This document shows, piece by piece, positions 10,967-19,987 of a DNA stretch of 64,000 nt. Position 1 is the first letter of the stretch. The number at the start of each line of letters is the position of its first letter. Under the pieces are notes generated by a model. It was given only the letters and a program-made list of their open reading frames with translations, was not told where the DNA came from and searched no databases. Position numbers and translations under genes: made by a program. Source of the DNA: Treponemataceae bacterium (GTDB taxonomy: Bacteria; Spirochaetota; Spirochaetia; Treponematales; Rectinemataceae); assembly GCA_963667725.2 (NCBI GenBank), contig CAXXHO010000005.1, positions 608,001 through 672,000 on the forward strand, given 5' to 3'.

Positions 10967-13177
10967 ATGTCGAAAAGAATCGGGATCGCGGTATTATGCG
11001 TGCTCCTCATGTTATCGAGTTGCACCACCGTAAAGCAGGAAGGATTGTTCAACCCCGGGACCTATACGGGATCGGCGGAAGGGAAGAACGGGCCGGTGAC
11101 GGTCGAGGTAAAGGTCGACAAAGACTCGATCCTCAATATCGCCGTGACGGAGCATCATGAAACGGCTGGGCTCTCGGACAACGCCCTGAAGTTCGTGCCC
11201 CAGGAAATCGTAAAGGAACAAAGCCTCGACGTGGACACGGTCTCCGGAGCCACCATCGTCAGCCAGGCCATCATCGACGCGTCCGCCGAGGCGCTGGCCA
11301 AGGCGGGAGCCACGCCCGAGAAACTCAAGGCGGTCGCGAAGGCCGCGGAAGCCCAGGCCGCCGCGCCGGCTCATCTCATGAAACCGGGCGTCTATTACGG
11401 CGAAGCCTACGGCAAGTGGCCTAAGGACAGCAACGAGGGCGGCCGTTTCCTTTCACCCAAGGTAATCAAGCCGATCAAGGTCGAAGTGACCGTGGACGAA
11501 AAGAAGATCCTGAACGTCGCCGTTCTCTCCTGCGACGATACGCCAGGCTTCAAGGAATCGGCCATCAACCAGGTGCCCAAGGCCATCGTCGATTACCAGA
11601 GCATCGGCGTGGACGCCGTCTCGGGTTCCACCCTCACCAGCATGGGCATCATCGCGGCGACCACCCAGGCCCTCGAACAGGCGGGCGCCGATCTCCTGGC
11701 CTTCAACGCGAAGCAGCCGAAGGTCAACGCCTCCGTCGAGTACACGACCGACGTCGTTGTCGTCGGCGCTGGCGCCTCCGGCTCCGCCGCGGCCCTCGCC
11801 GCCGTCGAAAAGGGCTCCAAAGTCATCGTCATCGAGAAGACCGGCCAGGTAGGCGGAATGGGCGGCCTCTCCACCGGCTTCATCGGCGTGGGAAGCGAGC
11901 AGGCCAAAAAGGCGGGGAGCACCAAGACCGTCCAGGATGTCTTCAAGGAGATGATGGACTACACGAGCTGGACCGCCAACTCCTCCCTCGTGAAGGCCAT
12001 CCTGGCAAAATCGGGCGACACCGCCGACTGGCTCCAGGCCCACGGCTACAAGATGACCCTGCAGAAGGGTTCCTACACCCACGACACCGGCAAGGGCAAC
12101 GCCAAGATCCAGACGCTCTACGACAAATACATCATCCCCGGCGGCGGCCAGCTTCTCCTCCAGACGAGGGCCGAGGAACTCATCATGGACGGCAACAAGG
12201 TCGTCGGCGTCAAGGCGGTGAAGAGCGATGGTACGAAAGTGACCGTCCGCGCCGCGTCGGTCGTCATCGCCACGGGCGGTTTCGGCGGCAACAAGGAAAT
12301 GCTGAAGAAATATACCCACAGCGACAATTACTACCTGAGCGGGAATTCCTCGAACGAGGGCGACGGCATCAACATGGCCCTGGGCGCGGGAGCCGGCTTG
12401 AGCCCCGAAATCCAACCCCATCTCACCGAATTCGCGGCCAGCACGACCCTGGACTTCAACAGCTATTTCATGAAGTACATGAATTACGGCGGCCTCCTCC
12501 AGGTCAACATGGAAGGCAAGCGTTTCATGGACGAGGGCATCTGCGCGAGCCAGCCTCTCGCCAAGGGCGCCTCGGCCATCCGCACCGCGGGCTCATTCTT
12601 CGTCATTTTCGATCAGGCCACCCTGGACACCCTCGAAACCAAGGGTTACCCGGGCATCGTCGGAGCGGAAAAGACCGCCGAACTCATGAAGAGCATTGGC
12701 TGGCGATCGCGCGCCATAGTCCCCTTCACGACGATCAAGATGGAAATGCAGCAGGCCCTCGACGCTGGCGTCGCGTTCAAGGCCGACAGCTTCCAGGAGC
12801 TGGAGAAGGCGGCGGGATTCGCCCAGGGCGAGTTCACCTCGACAATGAGCCGCTATCTCGCGGCCGTGGATCAGAAGAAGGACGAGGAGTTCTACAAGGA
12901 CCCGGTCTGGCTCACGCCCATAGCGAAAGGTCCTTACTACGCGCTACGCATGGAGCCGGCGATTTTCGGAACCATCGGCGGAATCCGAATCAACGAGCGC
13001 ATCGAGGCGCTCAACGAGCAGAACAAGGTTATTCCTGGCCTCTATGTCGCCGGCCAGGACGGCGGCGGAATGTACGGTTATCCCTACTACGAGATCGTGG
13101 GCGTCACCCAGGGCTACGCTTACAACTCAGGCAGGATCGCCGGCGAGAACGCCTCGAGCTTCGCGGGAACCCGCTGA
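10967..13177 (+). CDS. lipoprotein FAD-dependent oxidoreductase (flavocytochrome c/fumarate reductase superfamily) with two FMN-binding domains
   Basis: Lipobox LSSC, flavinylation motifs DTVSGAT and DAVSGST, GAGASG FAD motif, ATGGF and GLYVAG. The ATG at 10967 follows GGAG. Confidence 0.85.
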   Translation: MSKRIGIAVLCVLLMLSSCTTVKQEGLFNPGTYTGSAEGKNGPVTVEVKVDKDSILNIAVTEHHETAGLSDNALKFVPQEIVKEQSLDVDTVSGATIVSQAIIDASAEALAKAGATPEKLKAVAKAAEAQAAAPAHLMKPGVYYGEAYGKWPKDSNEGGRFLSPKVIKPIKVEVTVDEKKILNVAVLSCDDTPGFKESAINQVPKAIVDYQSIGVDAVSGSTLTSMGIIAATTQALEQAGADLLAFNAKQPKVNASVEYTTDVVVVGAGASGSAAALAAVEKGSKVIVIEKTGQVGGMGGLSTGFIGVGSEQAKKAGSTKTVQDVFKEMMDYTSWTANSSLVKAILAKSGDTADWLQAHGYKMTLQKGSYTHDTGKGNAKIQTLYDKYIIPGGGQLLLQTRAEELIMDGNKVVGVKAVKSDGTKVTVRAASVVIATGGFGGNKEMLKKYTHSDNYYLSGNSSNEGDGINMALGAGAGLSPEIQPHLTEFAASTTLDFNSYFMKYMNYGGLLQVNMEGKRFMDEGICASQPLAKGASAIRTAGSFFVIFDQATLDTLETKGYPGIVGAEKTAELMKSIGWRSRAIVPFTTIKMEMQQALDAGVAFKADSFQELEKAAGFAQGEFTSTMSRYLAAVDQKKDEEFYKDPVWLTPIAKGPYYALRMEPAIFGTIGGIRINERIEALNEQNKVIPGLYVAGQDGGGMYGYPYYEIVGVTQGYAYNSGRIAGENASSFAGTR

Positions 13178-13206
13178 GAACTTCGCTCCGCTTGCATTAA
13201 ACTTAG

Positions 13207-13243
13207 AAAAAGGGACTGTCCGGGAATGGGCAGTCCCTTTTTT
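13207..13243 (+). terminator. intrinsic terminator, possibly bidirectional
   Basis: AAAAAGGGACTGTCC-GGGAAT-GGGCAGTCCCTTTTTT. Confidence 0.8.
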
Positions 13244-13328
13244 CATTCAGATCGATACCGGAAAGCGGTATATTTGTTTCTGACGATGACGTCCCATTTT
13301 TGTTCTGGGAATTCCGGAGGTACATAGA

Positions 13329-14036
13329 ATGAAGAAATCAATAATGGTCGCTCTCCTCGCATTGGCCGTTTTCGCCGTCGGGGCTCAGACCGCGCCCCAA
13401 ACGCTGCCCCAGACGCCGACCGTCAGGGTCACCGGCGAAGCCATCGCGAGCGTGGAGGCGGACATGGCCCTCCTGAATCTCGCCATCGTCCAGCAGGCCA
13501 AGACATCCCTCGCGGCGCGGGAGGCGGTGATGACCTCGGCCGACAAGGTCATAAGCGCGCTCCTGGCCCTCGGCATCGAGAAAAAGATGATACGGACAAG
13601 CAACTTCCGCATTTCACCCGTCTACGACGAACGCCCCACCAAGCAGAACCTCATCATCGGGTATAAGGGCGAGACGGGCGTGACGGTGACGCTGGAAGAC
13701 ACGGAACTCGTGGCGCAGGCCGTGGAGACGGCGGTAAGCGCCGGGGCCAACGAGATACGCGGCCTGGATTACCGCAAGAAGAACGAAGATGTCCTTCGCG
13801 TCGAAACGCTGAAAAAAGCCGTCGCCAATGCCGCGCTGAAGGCTCAGGCCATGGCTGAGACGCTCGGGAGAAAGCTGGGCAAGGCCATCAGCGTCGAAGA
13901 GCAGGGTTATTCCATGCGCGCGCCCGACTCGAGGCTCTATCTCGCCAAGTCGATGGGCGCGGGCGACCAGGAAGCTTTTTCCCCGGGCAGCATCGAGGTG
14001 AACGCCTCGGTGGTCGTCGTCTTCGAGATGGAGTGA
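13329..14036 (+). CDS. SIMPL/DUF541-domain exported protein
   Basis: Signal peptide, then V.VTGEA...DMA.L, IRTSNFRISP.Y and A..KA.AMA..LG.KLG. GGAGG RBS. Confidence 0.85.
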   Translation: MKKSIMVALLALAVFAVGAQTAPQTLPQTPTVRVTGEAIASVEADMALLNLAIVQQAKTSLAAREAVMTSADKVISALLALGIEKKMIRTSNFRISPVYDERPTKQNLIIGYKGETGVTVTLEDTELVAQAVETAVSAGANEIRGLDYRKKNEDVLRVETLKKAVANAALKAQAMAETLGRKLGKAISVEEQGYSMRAPDSRLYLAKSMGAGDQEAFSPGSIEVNASVVVVFEME

Positions 14037-14093
14037 GGCCGAGCCGCGCGAAATGCGTCGCACAAAAACGGGAAATAATGGTATAGTAGGGTA

Positions 14094-14390
14094 ATGCCCA
14101 GAAATCCTGAACTGATGCGTCACAATATCGCGGAGATGGCCCGCGCCCTCGAAGGCGCCGACGCGGCCCTCATCGAAGAATTCCTCTATTCGCTCCTCAC
14201 CCCGGCCGAAGCCGACGAAATGGCCAAGCGTTGGGCCCTCGTCAAGGAACTGTCGACCGGTATGCCCCAGCGCAAGATAGCCGAAGAGCTTGGCCTTTCC
14301 CTCTGCAAGATCACACGCGGCTCGCGCGAACTCAAGAAACAGGGCTCCGCCTTCAAGGCGCTGCTCGAGCGGCTGGATACCAAGAAATAG
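14094..14390 (+). CDS. TrpR/YerC-like repressor
   Basis: LLTPAE..EMAKRW, QRKIAEELGLSLCKITRGSRELK. Confidence 0.85.
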   Translation: MPRNPELMRHNIAEMARALEGADAALIEEFLYSLLTPAEADEMAKRWALVKELSTGMPQRKIAEELGLSLCKITRGSRELKKQGSAFKALLERLDTKK

Positions 14391-14461
14391 CCTTAGGGAT
14401 CTACGCATAGGCTTGCCCTGCAATCTTTTCAGATATATCGCTCTGAAAGGCAGGTACTAAT

Positions 14462-17146
14462 TTGGATTCAATGTGGTTTTCCAAATCAATTGAAAACGCT
14501 ATCCGAGAGCTTGATGTTGATGCGTCACGCGGACTCTCCGACAAAGAAGCTGAAATCAGGCTGGAAAGATATGGCAAAAACCTGCTCACCGCAAAAAAGG
14601 CCAAGAGCTTTTTTAGGCTTTTTCTGGAACAACTTCAGGACTGGCTGATCTACATCCTTCTGGCTGCTGTTGTAGTCACCCTTTTTTTGGGTGAATATTT
14701 AGATGCGACTATTATAATCATTGTGGTCATCGTCAATGCCATGCTCGGCGTAATTCAGGAAGTCAACGCCGGCAAGGCCATCGAGGCTCTCCGGAAAATA
14801 TCAAAACCAAAAGCATTAGTGCGCAGAAATGGTGAAGTCACTGAGATTTATTCCAGTAAAATTGTACCAGGCGATATTCTGATTCTTGATGCCGGGAGGT
14901 TTATCGCGGCAGATATCCGTTTGATCGAATCGGCCAATCTTCAAGTGGAAGAATCCGCGCTGACCGGGGAATCCGTCCCTTCCGAAAAAGACGCTTCACA
15001 GCTCTGCAATGATTCAAAAACCTCACTGGGCGATCGTTCAAACATGGCTTTTATGTCAACGCACGTAACCAGGGGCAGAGGCGTCGGGCTCGTGGTCGCG
15101 ACCGGAATGGATACCGAAATCGGGAAAATCGCCAACCTGATCAATGCTGAAGCAAGTTCGAAAACTCCCCTTGAAATCCGGCTGGACAAACTGGGTAAGA
15201 CACTGGGTTTGTTCGCTGTTGGCATCTGCGTCCTGATTTTCGTGATTTCCATGCTCCAGGGCCGGAATACGACCGCTATGTTCCTGATGTCAGTTTCGCT
15301 GGCGGTGGCCGCCATTCCTGAAGGTCTTGCGGCAATTGTGGCAGTTGTCCTCTCGATTGGCGTAACCAGTATGTCGAAAAGAAATGCGATCATTAAAAAA
15401 TTGCCCGCGGTCGAAACACTCGGATCGGTCAATATCATTTGCTCAGATAAAACGGGCACTCTGACACAAAATAAAATGACTGTCACGAGCTATTTTACCT
15501 TGGCGGGCCAGGCAGCCATTGAGCACGATCAAAAAAACGCAGCCACGGAAGACGTGCTGCTGCTCGCCAAAGCCATGATTCTCTGCTCCGATGCGACCTA
15601 TGAAGATGGGCATGGATCGGGCGACCCGACCGAGATCGCCCTGCTGGTATTGGGGGATCGGCTTGGGCTGAACAGAAAAACCCTGCTGTCTGAAAACAAG
15701 CGAATCGACGAGTTTTCTTTCGATTCTGACCGCAAATTGATGTCCACACTGAACGAAGAAAATGGGAAACTCACTGTTTACACCAAAGGAGCTGTCGGGA
15801 ATCTGCTCAAAGTTTCGACCAAGATTCTTGAAAATGGGAAAGTCATTCCGATTACCGAAGCTCATAAAGCATTGATTCGCCAGGCAATGGATGCCATGAC
15901 CATCCAGGCGCTCCGAACATTGGGGGTAGCATATAGACCAGTACGTTCGGTCATCGGTCCAGCCGAAATGGAGAAAGACCTTATCTTTATCGGATTTGTC
16001 GGCATGATCGACCCCCCACGGACTGAGGTGAAAGCCGCTATCGAAACCGCGAAACGCGCCGGAATCACGACCATCATGATCACCGGAGATCATAAAAACA
16101 CCGCGTTCGCCATCGCCAAGGAACTTGGAATAGCCGATAACATCGGGCAGGCCATTACCGGAAGCGAGATGGACGAATTTTCATCCGAAGAACTGGCCCG
16201 AAGAATTACCGAATACAGAATTTTTGCCCGGGTTTCCCCCGAACATAAAGTGAATATCATCCATGCGTTGAAGTCACAGGAGAACATTGTCTCCATGACC
16301 GGTGATGGCGTCAATGATGCCCCTTCATTGACGACTGCCGATATCGGTGTGGCCATGGGCATTACCGGCACCGATGTGGCCAAAGGGGCGGCAGACATGA
16401 TTCTGGCCGATGACAACTTCGCCACTATCGTATCAGCCATCGAGCAAGGCCGGAATATTTACGGCAATATCAAAAAATCGGTTACCTTTTTGATCACCTG
16501 TAATCTCAGCGAAGTATTGACCGTGTTCGTCTCTCTCCTTCTGGGTTGGGAAGCGCCGTTGATAGCCACCCAATTGCTGTTGATCAATCTGATCACTGAC
16601 TCTTTCCCGGCGGTAGCCTTGGGTATGGATCCCGGAAGCCCGGATGTAATGAAAGAAAAACCCCGCGGCGCCAATGAGAGTTTCTTTTCCGGCGGCGCGG
16701 CGCTGCATATGATACTTGGCGGAGTATTGATTGCGGCATTGACTGTCCTGGGGTACTGGCTTGGATATTATGAACACGGCTATAGTCCATTTGACCATTC
16801 GGTTCCCGTTTCTACCATCGAATATGCCAGAACAATGGCTTTTTTAGTCTTGGTCATGTGCCAGTTATTCTACGCTTCAGCGGTCAGGAATAGCTCAAAA
16901 TCAATTTTCAAGATAGGCCTTTTTTCGAATATATACCTTACCGGCGCGGTTTTACTGGGTATATTTCTTCAATTAATAGTGATTATAATCCCGGTCCTGC
17001 AGCGTTCTTTCCATTTGCGGATGCTCGATCTGAGAGCTTGGCTCATCGCAATTGCTCTAGGTTTGGTTCCTCTCCTATTCAATGAGGTTTTCAAACTATG
17101 CATCATGGCGGGCAAAAGAAAGAAGCGAAAAACATTGGCGGAATGA
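14462..17146 (+). CDS. P-type cation-transporting ATPase (P2A, Ca2+-type)
   Basis: TGES, PEGL, DKTGT phosphorylation site, KGA, TGD and GDGVNDAP. The start is either TTG 14462 or ATG 14471. Confidence 0.93.
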   Translation: MDSMWFSKSIENAIRELDVDASRGLSDKEAEIRLERYGKNLLTAKKAKSFFRLFLEQLQDWLIYILLAAVVVTLFLGEYLDATIIIIVVIVNAMLGVIQEVNAGKAIEALRKISKPKALVRRNGEVTEIYSSKIVPGDILILDAGRFIAADIRLIESANLQVEESALTGESVPSEKDASQLCNDSKTSLGDRSNMAFMSTHVTRGRGVGLVVATGMDTEIGKIANLINAEASSKTPLEIRLDKLGKTLGLFAVGICVLIFVISMLQGRNTTAMFLMSVSLAVAAIPEGLAAIVAVVLSIGVTSMSKRNAIIKKLPAVETLGSVNIICSDKTGTLTQNKMTVTSYFTLAGQAAIEHDQKNAATEDVLLLAKAMILCSDATYEDGHGSGDPTEIALLVLGDRLGLNRKTLLSENKRIDEFSFDSDRKLMSTLNEENGKLTVYTKGAVGNLLKVSTKILENGKVIPITEAHKALIRQAMDAMTIQALRTLGVAYRPVRSVIGPAEMEKDLIFIGFVGMIDPPRTEVKAAIETAKRAGITTIMITGDHKNTAFAIAKELGIADNIGQAITGSEMDEFSSEELARRITEYRIFARVSPEHKVNIIHALKSQENIVSMTGDGVNDAPSLTTADIGVAMGITGTDVAKGAADMILADDNFATIVSAIEQGRNIYGNIKKSVTFLITCNLSEVLTVFVSLLLGWEAPLIATQLLLINLITDSFPAVALGMDPGSPDVMKEKPRGANESFFSGGAALHMILGGVLIAALTVLGYWLGYYEHGYSPFDHSVPVSTIEYARTMAFLVLVMCQLFYASAVRNSSKSIFKIGLFSNIYLTGAVLLGIFLQLIVIIIPVLQRSFHLRMLDLRAWLIAIALGLVPLLFNEVFKLCIMAGKRKKRKTLAE

Positions 17147-17164
17147 ATGCTTCCTTATTTCTTC

Positions 17165-17216
17165 CGCCTCGTTCACGGCCAGAAGAGGAGTACCGAATAT
17201 GGCCGTAAACGAGGCG
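17165..17216. terminator. 17-bp inverted repeat between convergent genes
   Basis: CGCCTCGTTCACGGCCA, an 18-nt loop, then TGGCCGTAAACGAGGCG (one mismatch). No U-tract. Confidence 0.5.
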
Positions 17217-17222
17217 ATAGGT

Positions 17223-18518
17223 TTAGACCGACGCGAGCCCAAGCTGCAGGTCATCGATGATGTCCCCGACATTCTCGATGCCGATGGACAGGCGCACCAG
17301 GTCGGGCGTCACGCCCGAGTCGATTTGCTGCTCGTCGGTGAGCTGCGAGTGGGTCGTGCTTCCCGGGTGGATCGCAAGGCTCTTGGCGTCGCCGACGTTC
17401 GCCAGGTGCGAAAAGAGCTTGAGCGATTCGATGAACTTCTGGCCCGCCGGCCTTCCTCCCTTTACGCCAAACACGACCATGCCGCCCGCTCCCTTCGGCA
17501 GGAGTTTTTGGGCGAGCGCGTAGGAGGCGTCGCCCTCGAGGCCGGGATAGCGCACCCAGGCGACCTTGGGGTGGTTCTTGAGGAATTTCGCGACGGCGAG
17601 GGCGTTCTCGACGTGCCTCGGCATGCGGACATGGAGGGTTTCGATGCCCTGGAGGAAGATCCAGGCGTTGTCCGGCGAAAGGCAGGCGCCGAGGTTGCGC
17701 AGGGGCACCGTCCTGAAGCGCAGCGCGAAGGCGATCTTCCTGAGTTCCGGAGGAAGGTCGATGGCCCAGCGGAGACCGTGGTAGTTCTTGTCGGGGCTGT
17801 TGAAGAGGGTGAACTTGGGGTCGGACCAGTCGAAGGTACCAGCGTCCGTCGCTATGCCGCCTATCGCCGTGCCGTGTCCGCCCAGCCATTTGGTGAGGGA
17901 GTTGATGACGATGTCGGCGCCGTGTTCGATGGTCTTCAATAGATAGGGCGTGGTGAAGGTGGCGTCCACGACCAGGGGCAGATGATGCTTTTTCGCGATC
18001 GCCGATATGGCGTCGATGTCCGCGAGGTCGAGCACGGGATTGCCTATCGTCTCGATATAGAGAAGCCGGGTTTTTCCGTTGATAGCCGCCTCGAAGGAGG
18101 CGGGTTCGAGGACATTCGCGAACCTTGTGACGATCCCCAGGTCGGGGAGGATGGCGTCGAACATGGTGTAGGTGCCGCCGTAGAGATTGGTGGCAGACAC
18201 TATTTCGTCGCCCGCTTTCGCGATGGTAACGACCGTGTTGAAGATAGCCGCGGTGCCCGAGGCGACCGCCACCGAAGCGGCGCCGCCCTCAAGCTGACTC
18301 ACCCTCGCCTCGAGGACATCGTTGGTAGGATTGCCCATTCGTGAATAGATGTTTCCCGACTCCTTGAGTCCAAAGAGGTTGGCCGCGTGTTCGGCGCTCT
18401 TGAAGACGAAGGAAGAAGTCCGGTAGACGGGAACGCCACGAGAGAGGGTTGTCGGGTCGGGGCTATGTCCGGCTTGGACGGCTATCGTTTCGAAAGAAGG
18501 TTTTCTGTTTTCGGCCAT
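17223..18518 (-). CDS. metY: O-acetylhomoserine aminocarboxypropyltransferase (sulfhydrylase)
   Basis: IYSRMGNPT, SGTAA, ETIGNP, SLTKW (PLP lysine) and LANVGDAKSL. The true start is likely MAENRK at 18518. Confidence 0.9.
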   Translation of the reverse strand: MAENRKPSFETIAVQAGHSPDPTTLSRGVPVYRTSSFVFKSAEHAANLFGLKESGNIYSRMGNPTNDVLEARVSQLEGGAASVAVASGTAAIFNTVVTIAKAGDEIVSATNLYGGTYTMFDAILPDLGIVTRFANVLEPASFEAAINGKTRLLYIETIGNPVLDLADIDAISAIAKKHHLPLVVDATFTTPYLLKTIEHGADIVINSLTKWLGGHGTAIGGIATDAGTFDWSDPKFTLFNSPDKNYHGLRWAIDLPPELRKIAFALRFRTVPLRNLGACLSPDNAWIFLQGIETLHVRMPRHVENALAVAKFLKNHPKVAWVRYPGLEGDASYALAQKLLPKGAGGMVVFGVKGGRPAGQKFIESLKLFSHLANVGDAKSLAIHPGSTTHSQLTDEQQIDSGVTPDLVRLSIGIENVGDIIDDLQLGLASV

Positions 18519-18685
18519 GGAAGTTTCCTTGCGCGCCGCGAGGGCGCGGGAGAGATCGCGGCGGCCCTTTGGGCCGCCGCCTGGAATATGCCCCGTCCGC
18601 TTCCGGCGTCGCGACGCGCGCCATGAGCCGGTCGGGGCCCTGTCATGCTGCATATCATGCCCAGCCTGCCGTCTCTCTCGCTCAA
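18482..18685 (-). CDS. putative leader peptide upstream of metY, paralog of the metA leader
   Basis: The TTG start overlaps the metA stop and follows GGAGG. It reads [34 protein letters not shown]..., with 25 of 34 residues identical to 19677..19781. Confidence 0.6.
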   Translation of the reverse strand: MSERDGRLGMICSMTGPRPAHGARRDAGSGRGIFQAAAQRAAAISPAPSRRARKLPWPKTENLLSKR

Positions 18686-19620
18686 TGCCTTCCTCCTCGA
18701 GGGAGATTTATCGCCGCGAGATCGTAGGGGGTTTCCTGGTACACGCAGTAGTTGAGCCAGTTGGCGTAGAGAAGGTGGGCGTGGGAGCGCCAGGTAACGA
18801 GAGGCTCGCGCTTCGGGTCGCCGTCAGGGAAATAGTTGACGGGCACCTTTATGGACAGTCCCTTCGCCACGTCGCGGTCATATTCGGCCTTGAGGGTCAG
18901 CCTGTCGTACTCGGGGTGGCCAGTGACGAAGACGCGGCGCCCGTCGCGCGAGGCCGCGAGGTAGACGCCCGCTTCCTCGGAAGTGGCGAGGAGCTTGAGG
19001 TCGGGAACGACAGCGATTTCATCGGCGTCGACCTCGGTGTACCGGGAGTGCGGGGCGTAGAATTCCTCGTCGAAGCCTCTGAGAAGGGGCTCCCTGGCAT
19101 CGAGGGTCCTGTGCCGATAGAGACCGAACATTTTTTCAGGAAGGGGCCGCTTGTCGATGCCGTAGTGGTGGTGCAGCCCCGCCTGGGCTCCCCAGCAGAT
19201 GTGGAGGGTGGACCAGACGTTGGTCGTGGACCAGTCCATGAGGCGGACGAGTTCGGGCCAGTAGTCCACTTCCTCGAAGGGAATGGTCTCGACCGGGGCG
19301 CCGGTGATCACGAGGCCGTCGAAACGTTCCTCAAGGATTTCGTCCAGGGGTTCGTAGAAGGCGTCCAGGTGCTCGATGGGGGTATTGGCCGACTCGTGAG
19401 TCGCCATGCGGATGAAGCGTATGTCAGTCTGGAGCGGCGAATTGCCCAAAAGGCGCAGTATTTGGGTTTCGGTGACTATCTTGGTGGGCATGAGATTGAG
19501 GACGGCGATCCTGAGCTCGCGGATATCCTGGTGGAAGGCGCGCTCCTTCGTCATCACGAAAATGTTTTCTTCTTCGAGTTGTCGCGCGGCGGGAAGATCG
19601 TCTGGAATTCTTACGGGCAT
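18682..19620 (-). CDS. metA: homoserine O-acyltransferase, MetA family, acetyl-specific type
   Basis: [14 protein letters not shown] (Glu at the specificity position indicates an acetyltransferase), ICWGAQA and GHPEY. The start is MPVRIP at 19620 after GGAGG. Confidence 0.93.
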   Translation of the reverse strand: MPVRIPDDLPAARQLEEENIFVMTKERAFHQDIRELRIAVLNLMPTKIVTETQILRLLGNSPLQTDIRFIRMATHESANTPIEHLDAFYEPLDEILEERFDGLVITGAPVETIPFEEVDYWPELVRLMDWSTTNVWSTLHICWGAQAGLHHHYGIDKRPLPEKMFGLYRHRTLDAREPLLRGFDEEFYAPHSRYTEVDADEIAVVPDLKLLATSEEAGVYLAASRDGRRVFVTGHPEYDRLTLKAEYDRDVAKGLSIKVPVNYFPDGDPKREPLVTWRSHAHLLYANWLNYCVYQETPYDLAAINLPRGGRH

Positions 19621-19676
19621 AGGGCCTCCGGTCGCGCCTCCGTGGCGCGAAACGCCGCGGCCTCCCTTGGGGCCGC

Positions 19677-19781
19677 CTAGAAACCGCCCCGTCCGTACCT
19701 TGCGTCGCGACGCGCGCAAGAAGCAGGCCGGGGCTTTTTCATTTCACATATCATACCCACGCGACCGTCTCTTTCGCTCAT
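19677..19781 (-). CDS. putative 34-aa leader peptide upstream of metA
   Basis: [39 protein letters not shown] lies 10 nt upstream, and the ORF sits downstream of a TTGACA-17-CATAGT promoter. Confidence 0.65.
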   Translation of the reverse strand: MSERDGRVGMICEMKKPRPASCARRDARYGRGGF

Positions 19782-19857
19782 GGACGCTATTCCTCCAATG
19801 GAATGGCCAAGGGGCCGCGATGATCCGCGCTATCCCCAGCCGCTTCAAGATTGTGTT

Positions 19858-19886
19858 ACTATGCATAACCACAAATGAACTGTCAA
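19858..19886 (-). promoter_or_regulatory. sigma70-type promoter for leader-metA-leader-metY
   Basis: Minus-strand TTGACA-gttcatttgtggttatg (17 bp)-CATAGT, overlapped by the imperfect dyad TTGTGTTACTATGCATAACCACAA. Confidence 0.6.
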
Positions 19887-19911
19887 TACGCGATTCCCGC
19901 GTCGGACGGAT

Positions 19912-19956
19912 GCCTGGTCCCGCTTCATCGAGTCCCGCTTCGCCTGGTCGCGCTTC
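19912..19956 (+). repeat. imperfect 15-bp tandem repeat, 3 copies
   Basis: GCCTGGTCCCGCTTC / ATCGAGTCCCGCTTC / GCCTGGTCGCGCTTC, directly upstream of the metF -35. Confidence 0.7.
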
Positions 19957-19958
19957 GC

Positions 19959-19987
19959 TTGACCCCTCGACGTTCGCGTGCTAGGAT
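19959..19987 (+). promoter_or_regulatory. sigma70-type promoter of metF-metH
   Basis: TTGACC, a 17-bp spacer and TAGGAT, ending 12 nt before the ATG at 20000. Confidence 0.6.

Noticed and set aside
14094..14390. A trp operon or attenuator near the TrpR-like gene
   Set aside because: No trp genes or Trp-codon leader are present in the window.
19621..19860. SAM-I (S-box) or T-box riboswitch upstream of metA, metY or metQ
   Set aside because: I could not find the SAM-I core (AUCnAGAG...GCAACC...GUGC) or a T-box UGGnACC with a terminator by eye. An Rfam scan is still needed.
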